Assembly: GCA_016201685.1 (NCBI GenBank)
Contig: JACQCJ010000008.1
Span: 1 to 40,649, forward strand
Origin: Candidatus Peregrinibacteria bacterium
GTDB taxonomy: Bacteria > Patescibacteriota > Gracilibacteria > Peribacterales > Peribacteraceae
Length of the DNA: 40,649 nucleotides
Direction of reading: 5' to 3'
The notes beneath the pieces are model-generated. The model was not told the origin of the DNA. It did no database searches and saw nothing but the letters and a program-made list of their open reading frames with translations. Within the stretch, counting starts at the first letter, position 1. Every line of letters begins with the position of its first letter. Both the position numbers and the translations under genes were made by a program. Below are positions 26,001 through 32,243 of the stretch, piece by piece.

Positions 26001-28450
26001 GGCAACTGATCGCACAATGGCCGGCGTGGTTGCTTGCAGCGATGGGCGGCGCGAAAGTCCTCGGCAGAACGGAATACGACATGATCACAAACGCGTCTTC
26101 CTGGACGCTGATCCCGGAGAACGAGCGAACGATGAAGGATGTCCGAGACAAGAATTACTTCATGCTCTTCAGTTCGGAACTCGCTGAACGGGCTCGCCCT
26201 CTGTACGACCGCATCTTCCGCAGCAAGAATGATCCGCGCAGCATAGAGGATTTCTTCCGCGGGGACTTCAGGACCGTCACGCTCCCGTATCTTTTCCTCT
26301 GCCTCGCGCGCGCGGCGCAGAAGATGGGCGTGCCCCCACAACAACTGGATGAGTTGAGGCAAGGCAGGATTGATACCGGTCTTGGGATTCTTCCGCGAGC
26401 CGTCTGCGAGACGCTCGTTCGACAAGCGTGTCTGGAAGCAGCAGTGTTCACACTGCAAGATTTCGAGCAGATGCGCCTGAACCGACTTCTCTACGCGCGG
26501 AAGGACTATGAAGATCAGCCGGAATCGGAGGAATACAAGCGCCTGTCACGCGCAGTTGAACTTCAGAGTCAGAAGAAAATTTTCGGGAAAACGATGGGAG
26601 AACTCGTCGGGCAGAAGTCGAGGCTCGATGACCCCAGCGTCCCTCCAACGCTTGCCCGCTGCATTCTGCGCGACCTGCAGCGTCAGCTCGAGAATGGAGG
26701 AACGATGACACTCACTGGTCTTTCATCCAAGTATCCCGGTCTTCCCGATACTCTCGATTTTGGCGCATCGGATACGCTCGCGAGTCTCTGCATCAGCGAC
26801 CCGGCTCTTCGTTATAATCTCAAGAAAATCGGCCCGAAGACCGTGGAAGAGCAGCACGCCATGCCGCTCTTTGGAACGGCGTTCGCCCCAAACGAACCCG
26901 AGCGCATCGTTCACCGCGAAACGGTCAATGTTCTCCTCCGTACCGCAACGGGAAAGGAAGACGGGAAACTTCCGGAGAATGCAAGCGAGTACGCTACGCA
27001 CGACGTTCTGACGCGTGCTGCTGTTGCACTGTTTCAGAAAGAGCCTCAGAAACTTGAGGAATTTCGCATGCTCTCAAGTGCTTCCCCATTCCACTATTTC
27101 CGTGGTGAGGGAGATCCGTTGCCATTCGAGGGCGCAGCACAGAAACAAGCATTCCAAGGCGAAAAGCTCGTCGCGATCTTCCAGCAACAGAGAGTCCTCA
27201 CCGATGGCAACACACTCGCGCTCTTCACGTGCGTCTACGGCGATTCCGGAAATCCGCGAGACATAATCGTCTCGCAAGAAGCGCAGGAAAAAATCCAGTA
27301 CGTCAGCGGGCACCATCGCTTCGAGAACAAGGCGCTCTCCCTCTTGCCGGATCTCACGGAATCCTCCGCAAAAATGAAGGAAGAAATGAAGGAACGTCGC
27401 GAGCCCGTGCGCGGCGAGCCCGAACACTTCATCGGCATTCCCGACATTCAGATGCTCTCCTCTCTCGGGCACACCGGTCAGTATCTTCTGGATCAGATTC
27501 AATCGACGGAAGCCTCGGAACGTGAACGAACGGAGATACGGGCGATGATCGATGCACTCCGCGGTGATAACCCCCCTCTTCCAACTCCGTCGCGCTACAG
27601 TAACCAAGAACTCCTTTTCTTTCCCGACGAGCTGCGTACTTCTCATAAGGAGCTCGGCGTGAAGTCCTTGCAAATCGAGAATCGTCGCACGGAATACATG
27701 ACAATGAAGAATCGTTTCCTTACCGAACTCCGCCAACGTGATTCTTCTCGTGGCCAAAGTACTGCTTCATCGTCGGAGATCGAGCAGATTCGCTCGCAGT
27801 ATGAGGAGATCCAAAGAGTTCGCAGTACGTATGAGGTCTCCGAGAAACAGTATCGGTCGGAAATCGAGAGTCTGCGGGAAAGTATTCTCGGCATGAAGAA
27901 TGTCACGAGCACGGCGTTGCGATCACTCAGTGCGCGGGAGCAATTTCAGAATCGTCTTGAGGCACAGCTTCCGAAAACCGGGCCGGGCGCTCTTTCGCTC
28001 CTTCCGACAAAATCCGCACAGGAAGATACGGCCGTTCGCGATACCCTCTTTCCAACCGAGAAACCGTACGTGGCAGTGAGCGGAAATCTCGACAAGCAAT
28101 CGGACATACCCGTTCTGCAGTCGATTCTTGCGATGCCTTCTCTCCCGCGCAAAAACCTTCTTGCCGTCTACATCGGCAAGGACTCGGATCCGAAGACAGG
28201 CGATCGTCTGTTGCTCGAATTGCTGTACAGCGAGGATGTGCGAGCGAATCCTCCCATACTGCAGCGACTGTCTCTCGGATGTCAGCACATCGATGGCCAA
28301 TGGGAAATTGGATTGCCGATCGCGAATGCGAGTCGATATCCAGTCGATCGGACTGAGCGAAAAGCGGATGCTGTCTTCAATCCTACTCTTCCGAATTACC
28401 TCGTATCCCTTGTGGATGCAGCGAGAGCGAAATTGTCGAAGCAGCCATGA
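23036..28450 (+). CDS. Giant hypothetical membrane protein, 1804 aa
   Basis: Uninterrupted 5.4-kb ORF. It has no signal peptide. Hydrophobic segments lie near nt 24870-24935 (VWTAIEIAPFYDWLLMGGWGG), 25861-25980 (NLTAILGGGAALYLGAEIALGPAGIAIAAVGVTVEVVASAI) and 26010-26060 (WPAWLLAAMGGAKVLG). It is otherwise helical and charged, with no recognisable domain. Confidence 0.85.
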   Translation: MPLDQLKESAENDSPKELARLADEVLRLSGYVEGPLNSGKNRLPLIATPEWKVWAEESPRPINGTELFQKADPLEKLVLSPNATSFANVVQYAFLQFVGDSTQLEQKSRDVELLKDVNLKKILWVFEEGMLFDFVSTVKKYAEYCETHQSTLGEARNKGWEREVKSILTNLKAVLPKIAIALQINYVEQTAGLAQKQNDPNRAAKMKQNSGDLRKELLKITGKETVKLKVDGKEEDISISQDISPEQLEKALWEWDRQLRDTLGTHVPYEVKADYFGKRMEKLFQEIAKYTNTEQFIFGKENPQMRQTRIAHAMYGTMVMKHLHEVTDQIFPTEKDGKRVPVSVERIDELSRTLEKMDGAWQEYAPAIVGFQLDTTSMLYLMGQMGPYVRQAVEDLTPDEKEFYRKHMLPKEIVGELEKKQPELNIAHLIQYTSLLQKDLTAKVGQAQALDTLVTGMEESILNTIIQGLNDVKITAIDVTWWLPGKALDLVNLSRLKPEDVRRVQQIAALYSRLTAMKERVVRGREKIRNTKKALQEAAKLSQETLQKMEKKLASEGQRQVTQADLQDVRLMNQRVMAATNYLVDMNADLTTMMIFNALGSSGYANKHDLSVWTAIEIAPFYDWLLMGGWGGRAVTETPGALLRGTARLVGAVGGKIPGSKLAAKLIGKIPGATKFGNALNSVTYGPGYIGRAYQYTSPSHFVGRVVNERRQLANSANSAAARSLHELSLDKAGRIGLSERAMALESSLKFDPSKLTAEAKSAIGDAIWNAHDIEMTGPKWTYKELRAKIDILKGAGLSKDQAFFLVKNGFCGDFTVEEIAAMLQKNVGPQAAEEFLVSAQKLLMSAETANIMAKLSIGAAAIGEGIALRSSLNDLADQMNRITKVKEQMHQTLIGLGFIYDAKTETYMNEEAGVKVSLQQLQKPLDVTTQPDLLRSIGHGANLTAILGGGAALYLGAEIALGPAGIAIAAVGVTVEVVASAIRNRQHRQLIAQWPAWLLAAMGGAKVLGRTEYDMITNASSWTLIPENERTMKDVRDKNYFMLFSSELAERARPLYDRIFRSKNDPRSIEDFFRGDFRTVTLPYLFLCLARAAQKMGVPPQQLDELRQGRIDTGLGILPRAVCETLVRQACLEAAVFTLQDFEQMRLNRLLYARKDYEDQPESEEYKRLSRAVELQSQKKIFGKTMGELVGQKSRLDDPSVPPTLARCILRDLQRQLENGGTMTLTGLSSKYPGLPDTLDFGASDTLASLCISDPALRYNLKKIGPKTVEEQHAMPLFGTAFAPNEPERIVHRETVNVLLRTATGKEDGKLPENASEYATHDVLTRAAVALFQKEPQKLEEFRMLSSASPFHYFRGEGDPLPFEGAAQKQAFQGEKLVAIFQQQRVLTDGNTLALFTCVYGDSGNPRDIIVSQEAQEKIQYVSGHHRFENKALSLLPDLTESSAKMKEEMKERREPVRGEPEHFIGIPDIQMLSSLGHTGQYLLDQIQSTEASERERTEIRAMIDALRGDNPPLPTPSRYSNQELLFFPDELRTSHKELGVKSLQIENRRTEYMTMKNRFLTELRQRDSSRGQSTASSSEIEQIRSQYEEIQRVRSTYEVSEKQYRSEIESLRESILGMKNVTSTALRSLSAREQFQNRLEAQLPKTGPGALSLLPTKSAQEDTAVRDTLFPTEKPYVAVSGNLDKQSDIPVLQSILAMPSLPRKNLLAVYIGKDSDPKTGDRLLLELLYSEDVRANPPILQRLSLGCQHIDGQWEIGLPIANASRYPVDRTERKADAVFNPTLPNYLVSLVDAARAKLSKQP

Positions 28451-28462
28451 TCGGAACTTTCC

Positions 28463-28491
28463 TTGACGCAGAGGATCAATTGCCGTAATTT
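28463..28491 (+). promoter_or_regulatory. Putative sigma-70-type promoter of rpsT
   Basis: TTGACG (28463-28468), a 17-nt spacer, then TAATTT (28486-28491), about 40 nt upstream of the rpsT ATG. Confidence 0.4.
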
Positions 28492-28530
28492 TTCGCCGCT
28501 CTCGATTCGTTCTTCGTCCTCTCATTCCTC

Positions 28531-28785
28531 ATGCCCCTCACCCTCTCCGCCATCAAAGCCGCCAAGCAAGCCGAAGCGCGCCGCATCCGGCGCCAGCCGT
28601 TCAAGACGCAGCTCAAGACGACGATGCGCGCTTTCATCGATCTTATTAAGGATGGGAAGAAGGATGAAGCCGCCAAGATCCTCCCGCGCGTGTACAAGGT
28701 GATCGATACCGCAGCGAAGAAGCACATTCTGCATCCCAAGAACGCCGCGCGGAAGAAGTCGAGGATGGCGAGACTCTTGAAATGA
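28531..28785 (+). CDS. rpsT: 30S ribosomal protein S20
   Basis: 84-aa basic protein MPLTLSAIKAAKQAEARRIRRQPFKTQLKT...AAKKHILHPKNAARKKSRMARLL, the typical S20 pattern. Confidence 0.92.
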   Translation: MPLTLSAIKAAKQAEARRIRRQPFKTQLKTTMRAFIDLIKDGKKDEAAKILPRVYKVIDTAAKKHILHPKNAARKKSRMARLLK

Positions 28786-28884
28786 AAAATGTAGAATGAA
28801 GAATGTAAAATGCGGAAGTAATTTTGTTGTCTGAGTCGCAATCGCATTTTTCATTCTACATTTTACATTCTACATTTTTCATGC
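28779..28884. repeat. Word-repeat hairpin H2 (ATGTAGAATG / ATGTAAAATG words) bridging the rpsT stop and the ruvX start
   Basis: 28782-28798 pairs over 17 bp with 28866-28882. Inner pairings are 28807-28814 with 28843-28850, and 28800-28805 with 28852-28857. The rpsT TGA (28783-28785) lies in the left arm and the ruvX ATG (28881-28883) lies in the right arm. Confidence 0.75.
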
Positions 28885-29288
28885 ATTACCTCTCCCTCGA
28901 CATCGGCATGCGGCATACGGGCATCGCGTACGGCGATGACGTTGCGAAGATTCCCCTCCCACTCCCGACCATCCATCACCGAAACACGTCAGAACTCATT
29001 GCGTCGGTAAGTGAACTTCTCGGGAAACGGAACATTGATGCCATCGTTGTTGGACTCCCGCTTCTTCCTTCCGGAGAGGAAGGATCGCAGGCGCGCTCTG
29101 TGCGAGAGTGCATCCCTTTCCTCCTGGCGCAGGGCCTGCCTGTCACGACGATCGACGAGCGCTTCACGAGCGCTTCGTCTCGTCCTCAGACGAGTGGAAT
29201 TCCTGCCAAGAACTACGATGGCGATAGTGCGGCCGCCTGCGCGATTCTGCAGAGTTTTCTCGATCGAAAAGAGGGTTTGACAAGATAA
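28881..29288 (+). CDS. ruvX: YqgF/RuvX-family putative pre-16S rRNA nuclease
   Basis: MHYLSLDIGMRHTGIAYGD (the YqgF N-terminal motif with a catalytic Asp), IDAIVVGLPL and DERFTS. The start at ATG 28881 is inferred. Confidence 0.85.
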   Translation: MHYLSLDIGMRHTGIAYGDDVAKIPLPLPTIHHRNTSELIASVSELLGKRNIDAIVVGLPLLPSGEEGSQARSVRECIPFLLAQGLPVTTIDERFTSASSRPQTSGIPAKNYDGDSAAACAILQSFLDRKEGLTR

Positions 29289-29335
29289 ATTTAAGTCATT
29301 ACTATAGTATCTCAAGGTCTTTGGAATATCCCGCG

Positions 29336-29379
29336 CTCCCGTGTTGTGGTCCTGATCTCCCCCGTGTTGTGGTCCTGAT
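29336..29379 (+). repeat. Tandem direct repeat (21 + 23 bp) upstream of the sigma-r4/HARE-HTH gene
   Basis: ctcccGTGTTGTGGTCCTGAT is followed immediately by ctcccccGTGTTGTGGTCCTGAT. The 19-nt core CCCGTGTTGTGGTCCTGAT is identical in both units. A -10-like TATAGT sits at 29303-29308. Confidence 0.85.
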
Positions 29380-29565
29380 ATCCTGAAGGAATTCGCCTTC
29401 TCCTCGGGAGACTGGAATTGTCAGAATCGAGCAGTGAAGTATTCAATTCTCGACATTACACAAGCAAGTCACAACTCAGAGAAGCCGTCTACCCGAACCG
29501 TTCGAAGAACTTTTACTCCTGTCAATCTTCTGGTAGAACGAGGGATGTTCTTCCCCCTGCCCCGC

Positions 29566-30681
29566 ATGTCACCCACGGCAACCCCCGTATCCGCTCAGCA
29601 GACTGCTTCGGCCCAGCTCACGATCAATCTTCAAGAGCTGCTCAATAACCTCTTCCTCGTCCTGACGGAGAAGGAAGTGACGGTGGTCAAGAAGCGCTTC
29701 GCCTTGTTCGGGCACCCCAAGCAAACGCTCGAGAAGATCGGGAAGCACTTCAAGGTCACGCGCGAGCGCATCCGCCAGATCGAGAGCATTGCGCTCAGCA
29801 AGCTCAAGCGCACGGTGCGCACCACCCGCCTCGACGAGGTGAATGAGATGGCCAAGAGCGTGCTGCGGGCCCACGGGGGTCTTCTGCCGGAGGAGGATCT
29901 GATCAGCGCGGTCCTCAAGCGCATCCAAGGCGCCACGGCCGTCGACGGTGCGGTGCTCCGCCTCTCGTTCTCCATCGATCACGAGATGAGTTCCACCGGT
30001 CGCAGCAACACCTTCGTCCCGTTCTGGCGGCTCACCTCGCTCTCCGCCGAGGATGTGAACATCATCGTCGAGTCCATCGTGAAGATCCTCAAGAAGCGCA
30101 AGACGTGCATGAAGCAGGAGGAACTCATCTCCGCCATCCAGTCCATCAACCTCTTCAAGGATCGCATGCCGAGCCCCGAACTCATCGGCAGCTGCCTGAA
30201 GATCGACGAGCGTCTCCGCGAGATCGAAGACGGCTGGGGGCTCACCGAGTGGCGCTTCGTGCGGCCCCGCAGCATCCGTGATAAGGTCGAGATCATCCTC
30301 AAGAAGACCGGCGAGCCGCTGCACTTTATGGACATCGCCAATCGCATTCGTGATGCCCATTTCGATCACAAGAACGTGACCGTGCAGGCCGTCCATAACG
30401 AACTCATCCGCTATCCCCAATTCGTCCTCGTCGGGCGAGGACTGTATGCGCTGCGCGAGTGGGGCTACGAGCCGGGAACCGTCGCCGACGTCATCGAGCG
30501 GATCCTGCGGGAGAAGGGACCGCTCAGCAAGAAGGAGATCATCGCCGAAGTGGCCAAGCAGCGCACGGTGAAGGTGGGTACGATTTCGCTCAACTTGCAA
30601 AAGATGCCGTACTTCACCCGTGTGGGCCGCGCCGTGTACGCCCTCGATGCGAGCAAGAAGAATCCATCGAGTGTTTCCTGA
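29566..30681 (+). CDS. Sigma-70 region-4 domain protein with multiple HARE-HTH-like modules
   Basis: Region 4: LTEKEVTVVKKRFALFGHPKQTLEKIGKHFKVTRERIRQIESIALSKLKR. It is followed by 3-4 modules with the RpoE-delta/HARE-HTH pattern (e.g. LHFMDIANRI...VHNELIRYPQFVLVGRGLYALREW; SKKEIIAEV...SLNLQKMPYFTRVGRAVYAL). No sigma region 2 is present. The start is uncertain (29566, 29545 or 29434). Confidence 0.75.
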   Translation: MSPTATPVSAQQTASAQLTINLQELLNNLFLVLTEKEVTVVKKRFALFGHPKQTLEKIGKHFKVTRERIRQIESIALSKLKRTVRTTRLDEVNEMAKSVLRAHGGLLPEEDLISAVLKRIQGATAVDGAVLRLSFSIDHEMSSTGRSNTFVPFWRLTSLSAEDVNIIVESIVKILKKRKTCMKQEELISAIQSINLFKDRMPSPELIGSCLKIDERLREIEDGWGLTEWRFVRPRSIRDKVEIILKKTGEPLHFMDIANRIRDAHFDHKNVTVQAVHNELIRYPQFVLVGRGLYALREWGYEPGTVADVIERILREKGPLSKKEIIAEVAKQRTVKVGTISLNLQKMPYFTRVGRAVYALDASKKNPSSVS

Positions 30682-30715
30682 GGGCTCGGCAGATGGTATG
30701 GCGAGGTACAAACTA

Positions 30716-30744
30716 TTGACTATTTGACTTTCATAAATTAAAAT
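30716..30744 (+). promoter_or_regulatory. Putative promoter giving a leaderless mRNA for the AAA ATPase gene
   Basis: TTGACT (30716-30721), a 17-nt spacer, then TAAAAT (30739-30744). The ATG at 30751 is 7 nt past the -10. Confidence 0.45.
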
Positions 30745-30750
30745 AGACGC

Positions 30751-31965
30751 ATGTACATCACCCGTTCCTGTGAAGGGACCATCCGGCGGCTCAGCCGAAC
30801 CTTCAAAGTCGTCTACGTGGGTGGGCCGCGGCAGGTCGGTAAGACGACAGTGCTCCGACATCTCGTTCGGCGTGGAGAACGCCGAATCCTCTCTCTCGAC
30901 GACCCTGCCATCCGTCGCCTTGCGCAGACGGATCCGGAACTCTTGCTCGACCGCTTTCCACCGCCGCTTCTCATCGATGAGGTCCAGTACGCGCCGGAGA
31001 TTTTCCCGGCGATCAAGAGGCGCGTCGATGCGTCGGATGCGCGCGGACGATACTGGCTCACGGGATCCCAGCAGTTCTCGGTTCTGCAAGGACTGCGCGA
31101 ATCCCTCGCAGGGCGCGTGGGCATTCTCCACCTCCTCGGGTTTTCGCTCGCGGAGATCCTCCGCAAGCCAGTGTCAAAAGGACCCTTCCCTTTTCCGAAG
31201 ACCGGCACCGGTCTGATGCCACTCTCCGAGCGATCACTCTTTGAACATATCTGGAGAGGTTCATTTCCCGCTCTCTGGGTTTCCCACTCGCCGGACTGGT
31301 CCGCGTTTTACAGTGCGTACGTGCAGACATATCTTGAGCGCGACGTGAGCCTCATTGCCGGCGTGACCAAACTCGGCGCGTTTCAGGATTTCATCGCGCT
31401 CTGCGCGGCGCGCACCGGTCAGCTGCTTCATGTTTCAGAACTTGCGAGGGATGCGGGCATCTCTGTCCATGCTGCCCGTGCGTGGCTCAGCATTCTCGAG
31501 CAGAGCCTTATCGTCTTCCGCCTCCGTCCCTACCATGCGAACCTGACGAAACGCATGGTGAAGATGTCGAAGCTCTATATGCTCGATACCGGCCTTGCGT
31601 CCTTCCTTTGCCGATGGCAGACACCCGGGACGCTCATGGCGGGAGCGATGAGCGGGCCGTTGTTCGAGACATTCGTGGTCGGTGAGATCATCAAGAGCTA
31701 CTTCCTGCGCGGCCTGCCGCCGCCGATTACGTTTTTTCGGGACAAAGAAGGTCACGAGGTGGATCTCCTCATCGAAGCCGACGGTGCTCTCCATCCGTTC
31801 GAGATCAAGCGCGCCGTGCAGGTCAGGCCCGATGCGCTCGCTCAAATCGCGTTCCTCCGGTCCCGCATCCCGAGGATCGGCCGCGGCGGCGTCATCTCGC
31901 TCGTGCCGGAGGTAGTGCCGCTCTCACGGGAAGATGACGTGATCCCCGTGGGAGCGATCTCGTGA
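30751..31965 (+). CDS. AAA-family ATPase with a DUF4143-type C-terminal domain (COG1373-like)
   Basis: Walker A VVYVGGPRQVGKTTVL and Walker B PLLIDEVQY. The C-terminal pattern FETFVVGEIIKSY...FFRDKEGHEVDLLIE is typical of DUF4143 ATPases. Confidence 0.85.
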   Translation: MYITRSCEGTIRRLSRTFKVVYVGGPRQVGKTTVLRHLVRRGERRILSLDDPAIRRLAQTDPELLLDRFPPPLLIDEVQYAPEIFPAIKRRVDASDARGRYWLTGSQQFSVLQGLRESLAGRVGILHLLGFSLAEILRKPVSKGPFPFPKTGTGLMPLSERSLFEHIWRGSFPALWVSHSPDWSAFYSAYVQTYLERDVSLIAGVTKLGAFQDFIALCAARTGQLLHVSELARDAGISVHAARAWLSILEQSLIVFRLRPYHANLTKRMVKMSKLYMLDTGLASFLCRWQTPGTLMAGAMSGPLFETFVVGEIIKSYFLRGLPPPITFFRDKEGHEVDLLIEADGALHPFEIKRAVQVRPDALAQIAFLRSRIPRIGRGGVISLVPEVVPLSREDDVIPVGAIS

Positions 31966-31997
31966 TGCATACCGGTCAAAGATCGAGGTACAGTAGC

Positions 31998-32027
31998 TTG
32001 CTTTTTATCGTTGCTTTAGGCTATAAT
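31998..32027 (+). promoter_or_regulatory. Putative promoter of the PAS kinase operon
   Basis: TTGCTT (31998-32003), an 18-nt spacer, then TATAAT (32022-32027). This implies a ~210-nt leader. Confidence 0.4.
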
Positions 32028-32065
32028 AGAAGCAATCACCTCATAATCAAAACCGCGCATGGAAA

Positions 32066-32093
32066 CTCTCTCTCTCTCTCTCTCTCACACACA
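32066..32093. repeat. Dinucleotide microsatellite (CT)10 followed by (CA)4
   Basis: ctctctctctctctctctctc acacaca, read directly from the sequence. It lies in the predicted 5' leader of the kinase gene. Confidence 0.95.
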
Positions 32094-32243
32094 ATAGTCT
32101 CCCTGTAAGAGTCTCCCCAAGAGACCCTGCTTCTTCTACCGACGCCTGCCCCGTACCGAGTCTACTCTGGTGCGGGGTTCGCGTGGGCCCGCTTCGCCGG
32201 AGCTTCAGCGAGGCGAGTAGTTTTTGTGTATAAATTTTCTCCT

